In this document: one piece after another, positions 48,536-59,947 of the stretch
Numbering within the stretch: position 1 is the first letter of the stretch
Layout: every line of letters starts with the position of its first letter
Assembly (NCBI RefSeq): GCF_018350175.1
Contig: NC_058368.1
Span: 204,230,001-204,294,000, forward strand
From: Felis catus
Taxonomy: Eukaryota
Direction of reading: 5' to 3'
DNA length: 64,000 nt
Notes under the pieces: model-generated
Database searches by the model: none
Seen by the model: the letters and a program-made list of their open reading frames with translations, nothing else
What the model was told of the DNA's origin: nothing
Position numbers and translations under genes: made by a program

Positions 48536-50619
48536 GGCACAGAGAGAGGGGCACAGAGTATCCGAAGCAGGCTCTGTGCTAACAGCTTGCACTCATGAAC
48601 TCTGAAATCATGACCTGAGCTGAAGTCAGCCAGCTTAACAGAATGAGCCACCCAGGCGCCCCTGTCTGGAAATCAATTTAAAACTCTCAATCCAGCCTCC
48701 AAGGTAGAGCTAGGACTCCGCTTCGGTCTAGTTCTCTGCACCCTTCTGTTTTGTGGTGTGGTGACAAAGGACCAAATGCTTTCCCTGTCCCATCTTATTC
48801 AGCTTCCTCACCCTCCACACCGAAGCCTTGAGTTAGGACTCATTTGGGCATTCACCACTGGTGATCTCCAAAATGGAATGCTCATTTGAGGCAAATGAGG
48901 TCTGGAGATTGTAGCCCCAGGATATTAGTTAACAAGAGACCAGTGCAAACATATGTTAATGAAAGGGATAGGACTTTCTCGGCTCACCAGGAGCTCCAGC
49001 GGAAATGAATCTTGGCCCTTACCTTTCTCCTTCACCTTTACCTTTTGCTGAGTAGCGATAACTGGGCACAGGAGGACAGGACAGGGATACAAAATCTGCA
49101 TGTCACCAGTGAGGAGTGAGACTTGATTATCTCCATAGGGAGGTGCCTGCCAGAGCAGAGCAGGGGGTGAAAGGATGCTGAGCAGGTGAACGCTAAGGGG
49201 AGAAGGCCACAGAAAGGGAGGCAGAAGCAGAAAGAGATGGGAAATGATGCCCGTCTGAGGATCCCTCCGAAGGCCCCGGGGAGAAGTCCTAGCAGGTGAA
49301 TCAGGCAATAAGGCCTTGTCCCAGATGAAGAATGGCTCAAGCAATGTGTGTTCACTCTGAAGAAAAATGCGAGGAAGGAAGTATCAGGAAAATTGATAGA
49401 TGAGGTACTCTAAAGGTTACCAAACTTTCTTCGCTTACAGTTGGTGTTCTTAATATCAATAATTTTTTTCACCGCACCACAAGGCCAAAAGAAATATCAG
49501 ATAGCTCCTGTTATTTAGTTAGATCCAAATGACTGAATAGTGGTTGTGGGATGGTATCCAACAGATGTCCCTATCGTTCCCTCAACAATTTAAACTTCAA
49601 GTTTTTTTTATTTTGAGAGAGAGAGAGAGAGAGACAGAAAGAGAAATAAGTGGGGGAGGGGCAGAGAGACAGAGAGAGAGAGAGAATCCCAGGCAGGCTC
49701 CATGCCGAGTGCAGAGCCTGACATGGGGCTCAACCCCATGACCATGAGATCATGACCTGAGCCGAAATCAAGAGTTGGATGCCTAAACAACTAAGCCTCC
49801 CAGGCACCCCTCCCTCAGTAATTTAGAATACCCTATTGCACCCCTAAGAGTTCATCTCAGTACCCTGGGGTGCCTTGGCACACAGTTTAGGAACTGCCTT
49901 ACTAATTTTGAAGCAATGGCAGCCTTCTTTCTGAGGACTTGGGTGCTACTAAGCATCAATCCCAGACAAGACAAAGACCCAGCTGCAGACCTGTAAGGGG
50001 TGGTTACCATGATTTTCACACTTGAGAGAGTAACAAAGGGGTCACCCTGAGCGACAGGGTGGAATGGGCCCTACCATGGGAATTAATATGGAGGCTGTTG
50101 TTTCCCTTTCTCTCCTCCTCTAGCAGCATGGGTTTCTGGAGGGCAGAGCCCCTGTCTTCATCTCTTACTCTTTCCCTAGGGCTGTGCTCAGTGCAAGGTG
50201 GAAACTCAAATATTTTGTTGAACAGATGAATGACTGAATGGTCTTATTTCCTTCATCCTTCCCTATTTTTTTAGAAGATAAGAGCTGGCATGTCTTAGAC
50301 AGTCCTACCTCAGGAACCTTCCCTGAAGTGTCAGCCAAAAGAAAGAAAACATAATCACTCGGGTTCAAAGCCAACAGCAAAGTCCTGATAGGAGCTTAAA
50401 ATTTCATTTGTTCTCCACCCTAAGGGAAATGTAAGAGGAAAAGGTGATCTAGGAGTATAAAAACAGGAAAAAGAAAGACATTAATGTTTTATTATTTAAG
50501 ATTGTGGAGCCCTTTTCTTGACATTTTTGAAGAAAAGAATAGCTAAATTATTGGGATGGTTTGAGTACAGGCTAGCTCTGAGCTACAGAAATAAATTAAT
50601 CAATCTTTTGTGCAAGATT

Positions 50620-52020
50620 GACAGCAATATTTCAGGTCCTCATGCTCTTCTAGAACCTTGCCACTCTCCACTGAGAGGTGAAGTCTTTTTCCCCCTCCTT
50701 TTCAACCTGAGTAGGACTTTTTGACTATCCTGATTAATCAAATGCAGTAGAAATGAAACTGTAAATTCCAAGACAGGTCATACAGTTTCTTGAGTCACAC
50801 AAAGTTTTTGTTTCTTTGTTTATAAGTATGCTTCAGTCCCAGTGTGGAGCCCAATGCAGGGCATGAATTCACCTGAGCTGAGATCAAGACCTGAGCTGAG
50901 ATCAAGGGTCAGATGCTTAACGAACTGAGCCACCCAGGCGCCCCAAGGGCAATACAGCTTCTACCCGGCTCGCTCTCTCACCAATGGGATACTTGCCCTT
51001 CGTACCCAACCACCATGCTGTGAGGAAGGCAAACTAGTCACATGGAGAGATTCACATAAAGAACAACTGAGGTTCCCAGCCAACAACCAGCCTCAACTGC
51101 CAGTGTGGGAGTGAGTAACCCGCCCAGATGATTCCAGCTTCCAGCCTCAAACCACTCCAGGTTTGAGTGAGCAGACTCATGAGCAAAACAACAAATACTG
51201 TGGTGGCCGAAGCTACAAGTGTTGGCATATTTGTTATATAGCCTCAGTTATTGGAACATTAAATTCTTGAGATTGGTGGCCAACATGGCAGAGAAGTAGG
51301 GGGATCCGTATACTTCCTGCATCTCCCAAACAAAGCAGGGCTGAAGCCAAAGGAACATTAAATTCTTTTTGTACCCCTGTACATATTTGCAAAATGCATA
51401 CATGGTGCAGCAAGGAAGACGGGACTTTGAACGTAGGCTGCCTGGGTTCCAGTGCTAGCTCCAACACTTACCAGCTCTATGACCTCGGGCAAACTATGTA
51501 AACTTATGCTTCTGTTTCCTTATCTGTTAAAAAGGAGGAAGAATTCCTACTCCATAGGATTGTCCTGACCAATAAGTAACTTAATGTATGCAAAATGCTT
51601 GAAACAATGCCTACTGTGAAATGAGCTCTACTTTAGTATTAGATGTTCTTTATTGTGATGGTGGTTTGGTTTTATACTTGGTAATACTGATGTCTAAGAG
51701 CCTGGTGACTTGTGCCTCCTGGTATCCACACTATTGTACCATCCCCTTGTCTTGAGTGCAGGTGGAACCTGTGATTTGCTTCTAACCAATAGAATGTGGC
51801 AACGATGAAGAAATTTTGCAGATGTAGTTAAAGTCCCTAAAGTTGACTTTAAGTTAGTCAAAGATGTAGGTCTCCTGGGTGGAGTTGACCTAATCAGGTG
51901 AGCTCTTTAAAAGAGGATCTAGGGATCAGAGACTCTTCCGCTTTCAAGGTCCGCTGACCTTGAAACAGAAGCCACCATGAGTTTAACAATTGTGAGGAAA
52001 TGAATGTGGATTACCACGTG
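50620..52020 (+). mobile_element. MLT1-type LTR fragments, a SINEC and a MIR
   Basis: CCACCATGCTGTGAGGAAG, TTTGTTATATAGC and TTGCTTCTAACCAATAGAATGTGGCA motifs; MIR-like core at ~51400-51640. Confidence 0.6.
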
Positions 52021-52712
52021 ACTCTTAAATCAAAGGATATCTTCATTTTAGATTGACAGGTATTGCCAGATTAAGATCCTAAGACTTTGCACCAATTTGC
52101 ACTCCTGCTACCTACTACTAACTACTTGCTAACACCCTGTAATACGAAATACTTTGCTCTTTGCCAGCCTGGCAGGTACGAAAATGTGTCTCATTTTGTT
52201 GTTTTTATTGATGTCTAAGTAATTTTGAAGAATGCCAAGCATTAGAAAAGTATTTATAAGCCTTTTTATTTCTGTGAACTATGTGTTCATATCCATAGTC
52301 CATTTTTCAGGGAGCCGTTAGCCTCTTTCTTATTGATATACTAGCCCTTTGTCTGTTGTCTATTGCCTTACAAATGCCCTCTTTTCCACACACAACTTTT
52401 TACGAAAGTTTTGACTTATTTATTCATTTAAATAATCTCTACACCCAACGTGGGGCCCAAACTCACTACACCGAGATCAACAGTCGCATGCTCTTCCAAG
52501 TGAGCCAGCCAGGCACCCCTCCCACAAAGTTTTTGCCATTTGTCTTTAATTGAGTTTTATTTTTCCATGATGGAATTTCACTTTTTTGTATGGTCGAATT
52601 TTTCATTCTTTTCTTTTTGGCTTCTGAGTCTTGTTTTATGCTTATAAAATCCTTCCCCAGGGCAGAGCCTGCTTGGGATTCTCTCTCTCCCTCTCTCTCT
52701 GCCCCTCCCCCA

Positions 52713-52760
<48 letters not shown>

Positions 52761-53627
52761 AATAAATAAATAAACATTAAAAAAAAATAAAGACCTCCCC
52801 TGTTCCAAAACTTAAAAAAAAAATCATCCATATTTCCTTTGCACACTTCTATATTTTAATTCTTTACATTAGATATTTAATATATCTGAAATTTAAATCT
52901 TCAACTTTATCTTTTTTCACACGGTTAGCCAGTTGTTTCAAAACCATTGAATAAACCACAGTTTTCCCTGATGTAAAATGCTAACTTCATTATATATATT
53001 AAATTTTCCCAAGCATTGTATCTCCTGGATTTATGCATTGGTGTCTAGAATCTATTATTTTAGTTACAGTAGATTTACAATATATTTTAACATCCAAAAA
53101 GGCTAGTTGTCCACCATTGCTTTTCTTTTTAAGATTTTTCTGGGTGCAGTCTGTTTGTTTTTATTAGATTGTGATACTATTCTGCTCTATAATTCCTAAT
53201 GTATTGACTAATTTAGTCAAGTCACCTAACTTTTGTGCCTCAGCATACTCAGTATAAAACTGATAATGACGATATTGGGATGAATTTGGATTGTTTCTAT
53301 ATCTGGAAGGCATGAATGCTAAAAAAGAAAACAGTTATACATTTAAGTCTGGAGAGGAAACTAAAATGTTAACCAGGAATAAGAAATTCAGTGCTAGGGA
53401 AATTCCCTACTTTGGCTCTAGGTTCAAACTCTGTTCCTACTGATTAGTCCTGCATTTTTTCTTCCCTGTTTGCTTTAGCATATCTGATGCCCAACCCCAT
53501 CACACATTTAATTAACTACAGAGTATATATAAATCATGAAACCACAGCCTGGCCTGGTTTTGCTAAAAGCCATCTCGGCTGGAAAATGTACTATCTTATT
53601 TTGAAAGAATACAGATTTCTGAAGTAT

Positions 53628-53629
<2 letters not shown>

Positions 53630-53674
<45 letters not shown>
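53630..53674. repeat. (CA)n microsatellite
   Basis: About 22 CA units. Confidence 0.95.
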
Positions 53675-53677
<3 letters not shown>

Positions 53678-55549
53678 TCTTGGTCCTAATTTCAATCCTA
53701 TAAATCCCCTGGTGATATATATTTTTATAATTAATCATCCTCCATGCTCTAAGGAAAACTCTATAATTTTTTTGTTTGCTATATGATATAGAAAACAATT
53801 CCTTGTATGAAATGAACATTTAAATATTATTACCAGGGCTCCTGGTTGGCTCAGTTGGTTGGGCATCTGACTTGATTTCAATCAGGTCATGATCCCAGGG
53901 TCATGGGATTGAGCCCCACATTGGGCTCCCTGATGAGTGTGGAGCGTGCTTAAGGTTGTCTCTCTCTCCCTCTGCCCCTCCCCCCTGCTCGTGTTCTCTC
54001 TCTCTCTGAAATAAAAAATAAAATTAAGAAATAAAATAGAACTCTTCTTCATCCTCCTAATCCAAACGGGTCATTTTACCTAGAGCATGGATGGTATAAA
54101 GTATTTTTATGAATGTCTGAGTTTATACTTAATTCTCTTTAAGGTGAAAACGATTTGCTTTTTCCTGGTAAAATAAACAACTTTAAAAAAAATGTTTATT
54201 TATTTATTTTAAGAGAGAGAGAGAGAGAGAGAGTATGCTCAAGCCGGGGAGGGGCAGAGAGAGAGAGACGGAGAGAGATAATCCCAAGCAGGCTCTGTGA
54301 CAGAGCCCAACTTGGGGCTTGATCCCACCAAGTGGGAGATCATGACCTGAGCCAAAATCAAGAGTTGGCTACTTAGACCGAGAAAGCCACCCAGCCGCCC
54401 ACCACTCTGCAAAAAAATTTTGTAAAGTTTGCCTCCTGGTATTCTTAGCCAGGGACATTTCACGGTGGGAAACACAAAACCAAATGTACTTTTAGGCTGT
54501 CTTCAAACTGAGTCCATGGCTCTACCCTCCAACTATTCCCTAGGTCCTTAGGGCACACATTTCCCAGTCTCCTCCTCATTTGGTTTTGTAGAAGCTCCAA
54601 GCCCAGATAAAAACATTTGAATAATCAAAGTTGTTCTCATCTCAGTCTTTCAAGGCTCCTTCCCAGTTAATTCTGGGTAGAATGATGCCCGGTGAACATC
54701 CCGTCACACACAGACGCACATACCCCATAACTAGCTCGCACCGTGTTCCCCACAGGCAAAAATTCCACCATTCAGTTTGCCCTCCCCCCAGTCAAACTGA
54801 CCTGCCCGGCATTGCTCTCGTGCTCATTACATAACAACACGGCACAGGGATTGCCAGTGGTTTATGGGCTCCTGCGGGTCTGTGTCATGTTTGCCTTTAA
54901 ACACCAGGCTGACATAACGCCTTGTCCCAGGGCTGTCGTTCTAATGGTGGTAATCTCATGAGTCCCATGTGTAACACCAGTTGTCTTCCAGGAGCCGCTA
55001 CCCAACCCATCACCTCATTGCAGTGGTCCCAGGAAGAAGTGGGAAGGAGAGGGAAAATGCTAACAACCTGAGACCACTCAAGGAAGAGCCCCTGTGTTTT
55101 CCAAGTGTTTGGATTCTGTCCCCATGCCTTCTTCCTGGAAGGCTCCTGGTGACATTCCCTAGCAGAACAGCACACAGTGAAAGGGAAGCTGTCCCATTAA
55201 ATAGAGAAGCAAATAAGGGTACAAGAGTAAGAACACAGGCTCTTTCTAACCCCAGGCTCATCAAAATTGAGCTCAGCCTTCCTGTTGGATTAAAAATCCC
55301 TCTGGGTTCTCCAGCAGTCACCCTTCATTTCATCTGAACAGAGGCTTTATTCTACTGCAGAGAAGCAGGTCACCTCCGCAGCTCCTTTGTGCTCCATAAT
55401 CAAGACAGGGTCCCCTTGCTTGTTGGAACCACTGCTCTGCGTGACTGGGTCTTCGTTCGGGCCCCAGTCTTTGTCTACACCCAGGTACTCCAAAGCTCCA
55501 GTTCCCTAGTTTATTATCACTCTGGTCCTTTTTAATTTGCTTCTCTTTA

Positions 55550-56134
55550 AAATTTTTTTTAATTTATTTTTTAAATTGGAGTATAATTAACCTACAGTAT
55601 TATATTAGTTTCAGGTGTACAGAATAGTGATTCAACAATGCTATACATTACTCAGCACTCATCTTGCTAAGTGCCCTCTTAATGCCCTTCCCCTATTTCA
55701 CCCATCCCCCCACTCACCTCCCTTCTGGCAACTATCAGTTTGTTCTCTATATTTAAGAGTCTGGGGGTTTTTTGCTTGTCTCTTTTTTTCTTTGTTTTGT
55801 TTCTTAAATTCCACATATGAGTGAAATCTCTGTCTTTCTCTGAACTGACTTATTTCACTTAGCGTTATTCCCTCTAGCTCCACACATGTTGTTACAAATA
55901 GCAAGATTTTGTTCTCTTTTATGCCTGGTTTTTTTTTTTTTTCGTGTTTTATTTGTTTTTGAGAGAGAGAGAGAGTGCGAGTACTATAGGGGAAGAGAGA
56001 GAGGGAGACAGAGGATGTGAAGCAGGCTCTGCGCTGACGGCAGTGAGCCTGATGCAGGGCTGGAACTCACGAACCTCGAGATCGTGACCTGAGCCGAAGT
56101 CCACGCTCAACTGACCGAGCCACCCCGGCGCCCC
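55550..56134 (-). mobile_element. L1 3' end (~55550-55925) and SINEC (~55930-56134)
   Basis: Peptide FVTTCVELEGITLSEISQ (L1 ORF2 end); reverse SINE head at 56134. Confidence 0.8.
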
Positions 56135-56239
56135 TGTAGCTGTTCTTGATAGTGAAATTGGAGTTTGGTTAAGTACCATGACTTGACAGAGGGGGGACAA
56201 TTCTGGTCTCGAGCTCTTGACCTTACAAAGTAACTGCCC

Positions 56240-56545
56240 AATGCAAATATAATGTAAGCTACATATGTAACTTAAAATTTTCTGAGTAGTCATATGAAAA
56301 AAGTAAAAAGAAACAAGAGATTTTAATGGTAATAATGTCATTCAACTCAAATATCTAAATACTTTTCATTTCAGCATTTCAGCATGTAATCAATATGAAA
56401 ATTATTAAGGAGATATTTTATATTTTTTGTACTAAGTCTTTGAAATCTGGTGTGTATTTATGCTCATAGTGCCTCTGAATTTGGGTGAGCACATTTCATA
56501 TGGTCAAGGGCTACATACGGACAAGAAGTTACTGCATGAGACAGA
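56240..56545. mobile_element. MER3/MER33-like hAT MITE
   Basis: CTGCCCAAT...CTTTGAAATCTGGTGTGTATTT...GACAGAGCA motifs typical of this group. Confidence 0.55.
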
Positions 56546-57004
56546 GCAATTATAAAGAAAGCATGGCAAAATTTTGGAGAGCGTCCAGCCTGACTTGTAT
56601 TTGCAGAAAAGTTAAGTACATATTCTGAGGTTATACAACCAGTTAGTAAAAGAGGCAGGATTAGAATCCAATTATTCTTACCCTACCGTATGCTCTTATT
56701 TTCAAAGCAGATTAGCAACAAAGCCAGACTAGAACTCGCACCTCCTCCTTCCTGCTTACATCTGCTCTGGGCCTCTCTTTTCTACCAGGCATAGCCTAGA
56801 GGCAAGAGGCCTTTCTACCTGTCTTTTCTCCTAAATAAACTAACAGCTTCACTGAAAACAATTTGGCTGCAAACCAAGGCCAGAGGGGGGTCGAATTTTT
56901 CCATATCCTTCCACCAGATAATACTGTTTTTTTATGACTTGTCACCCTTGTCCCCACAAACTGTTAGTTTCACCAAGCTACTTAAAAACGGATTCCTTTA
57001 CGCA

Positions 57005-57190
57005 ACAGTTCTCAATGGAGGTGTCCATCAGAATCACCTATGGAGCTTCAAAAGAATTCAAATCACTAGTCCCCTACTCCAAATCCTGAATTCTAGGTGT
57101 GTGGACGGATTCGAGTAGACAGCTATTTTTTAATGGTTCCCAGATGATTCTGATGCACACCCCCAACTCGCAATGACCTCGCCAACTGCC
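57005..57190. mobile_element. MER5-like hAT remnant just upstream of the CCL28 promoter
   Basis: CAGTTCTCAA...ATCAGAATCACCT...CCCAGATGATTCTGATGCACA. Confidence 0.6.
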
Positions 57191-57289
57191 AGATCACCGC
57201 TGACATTGCTAGACCCCCAGGTGGCTGTACACAGTTCTGGTCGTAAGAAAGAGCCTGGTCTCAAGGAAAGAAATATGAGAAATAGGTAC

Positions 57290-57425
57290 CCCAGCACCTC
57301 CCAGGGCGGGGCTGCCCGGCTTACTTTTCCTCCACACTCTCTGCACCCAAGGACACCTTCAGCCTCATTTCCTGATCCTACAGCCTCACCTGTGGTACAG
57401 CCCGGGGCTGGTGGGGCAGGCAGGA
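57290..57425 (+). promoter_or_regulatory. CCL28: CCL28 proximal promoter / 5'UTR
   Basis: GC box GGGCGGGGC at 57304-57312 and ETS-like ATTTCCTG near 57367, directly upstream of the CCL28 ATG. Confidence 0.6.
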
Positions 57426-57489
57426 ATGCAGCAGACAGGACTCGCTCTGGTGGCCTTGGCTGCCTGTGTGGCTTTTCCCTCCTCAGAAG
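57426..57489 (+). CDS. CCL28: C-C motif chemokine 28, exon 1 (signal peptide); remainder lies beyond the window
   Basis: ATG...MQQTGLALVALAACVAFPSSE-G|GTGAGT (phase 1, 64 nt); resembles recalled human MQQRGLAIVALAVCAALHASEA and fits the expected position after TMEM267. Confidence 0.92.
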
Positions 57490-59947
57490 GTGAGTGGGGG
57501 TGTTGGCTATGCAAGCCTCCCGTGGAAAGAGGGGGTGCTGCCTCCCCAAGATGGAGCAGGAAGGAGTGAAGTCCTGGCGGCAATTTGGGGCAGGAAGTTC
57601 GATCTCTTCAGGTAGGAATTTCCAGTTATCTACGAGAGACTGGCATAGATTTACATTGCTGATCTTCAAGAAGGATGGAACCTCATTTGAACAGATATTA
57701 GTAATTTGTCTCATGGAGGATGAGATCTTTCCACACAACAACTTTGAGCTGTGTTTCCTTTTCTGATGACAGTCTCTTAGAAAATCCCCAGGTAGAGGTT
57801 GGAGGGAAATCCCTATTATTCATCAGTCTCCTCCTTCCCCCTAACCTGCTACACTGGAGACAAATGTGCATGTTCCTGCAGGAGAGGCAGACGTCACCTT
57901 CTGGGTTAGGGGTTTGGGAAGCCACAAAGTCAGCCCTGTGGATACTGAAAAGCAAAACTGCAATCTGACCTTTAAGAAGGGATGCAGGATAAAGGAGACT
58001 GAACCATACAAATTATATCAAAGAGAACTCAAATTGTGAATTGCTAGCATATATATGGAGATTGTAACTGCATTTGAACCGGAGGCAATCTTTTCTACAG
58101 TACTTAGGAAAACCTAAACAGAAGTACTAAATACTTGACTGACTTGACTCTTTCCCACTGTCGTCTTTTCTGAAACTTGACCTTGAATAGATTCTCTAAA
58201 TCCAGAAGAGAGGTGAAATATAAGTCGTGTCTGATCTGCTTTTGAAAGCATTTGCCAACCCTTAAAAACTGACAGATTTCGTATATACATTCTCACATAT
58301 ACACCCCACTTGTATTTTAAATCTTCTCTTGAAAAGTCACATCTGGCAACAACGGTCCCATGTCCTCTGGCAGGAATTGGCTAGAGCGCAGTAGCCCCTG
58401 TCCTTCTCTGAAGTTGGCTATCGTCCTATTAACTGCCTGGTTCCTGTAGGCATTTGTTTAGGGGACCCGATATAGTGCACCAATGTACTGGGCTTGTATT
58501 ACCGAGCATGGAAAGATCTAGATAATCTCTTCTTCATTTCTACCTGGATAATCTCTTCTTCATTTCTATCAATCTATCTATCTTATCAAGACAAAGACAC
58601 AAGTGTATCATTTTCTATGTTTCTGTAAAAATTTTTCAGAAGAACTCACCATTGAAATTTTAGGATTCACTTTCACTGTTTCTCAAAGGCTTACCTGCTC
58701 AGGCTTTATTTCTAGTTTTGGCAATGCACTTTTTTTTTTTTTTTTTCACATAAAGCTTTGAAATGTATCTCCCTTCAGCTTCCTGACGTGTTTCCAGCTG
58801 CCCCTCAGCAATCACAGCAGCTGTCCTGTGGGAGAGGAGGGAGAGACAGGCAGGCAGAGGGGCAGGGGTGATGAGGGATGCCGCTGCCAGACCCAAGGCC
58901 AGACTTCCCATGGGACCGAGTCCTGGCAGAGAAGGTGGGACAGCAAAACACAGAGGTGTTTGAAAAAGGTCCAGTTGGTGATGAAAGAAAGAAAGAGAAC
59001 TGCATCCTTTTGGGTGATTCCCTGGGCTTTTCCTAAGGCAGTTCGGGCCACAGGAAAATCACACGATCTGGGAAGCGCCCAACCCTCTGCCGTCTAAAAA
59101 TAAGTGATGTTGGGTTGAAATACGAGAGGGTAGGCCTGAGAGCAGTTGTGGAACCTAGAGGGGTAACCCACTGCTTTCCATAAAAGCCTTCCATGGAGTA
59201 TCTGTGTGTCCCACGTGCCCTGTGGGAGGCTCTAAGGGACTCAGACCTGGGGGAGGAGCAGGAGAGGAGGGAGGCAGGGAGGTGGGGAATACTGGGAAGT
59301 GCAGGGAAGGAGGTTTAAGTGGCTTTGACAATTGTCACAGGCTCCGGGAGGGGATCGTGAAGTGGTCTGTGCCAGTTGGTAACTTTGAGAAATACATTTT
59401 GTTCTTCCAGGCACCGATGGTTCCACTGCCTTAATGGTGCCTTAAATGGCCATTTTAATGTTATGGCTCAGTAATTGGCATTCTCAAAGCATTTTGCATG
59501 AATCAGGAAGCAGTTGACTTACCTGTAATTAAAAGCCTTGGATTCTACCCAAAGGTAGGAGGGTATATACACCTGCTGACGTGGCTGCTGGCTCCCAGAA
59601 CTCAAAACCGAGTCCATAAAAATGTCTATCATCCACTCCGGTGGCCCTAAGCCAGATTATTTAAAGCCACAATCTAGGGCTTTGTGGGCTGGCTGTTGTT
59701 ACTATAGATATTTTCAGACTAAGGCTCCACTTGTCTCTGGCAGATGCAGGGTGAGGCATTTTGCCTCACAGTCCCAAACCGACTTGGTTCTGACAACCCG
59801 TTTTCTCACAGCAGGATGGTTCCTCGTCACACAGGCACTTGCTGGGGACTTGTCGTCTGCATCCTAAAAAGACATTTTGTTTTCTGTTTGTTTTAATTAT
59901 AGGGCACTCGCTAGGGAGGATTACCAAGAATGTACATTTGTGCTTGA

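Noticed and set aside
57130..57741. Longest ORF in the window (203 aa, minus strand) and the 106-aa plus-strand ORF at 57173
   Set aside because: They overlap the GC-rich CCL28 promoter, exon 1 and a MER5 remnant; the real coding frame is the 64-nt CCL28 exon
58521..58568. Short tandem duplications (26-bp period here; also ~14380-14448 and ~30110-30167)
   Set aside because: Ordinary slippage-type micro-duplications with no sign of function
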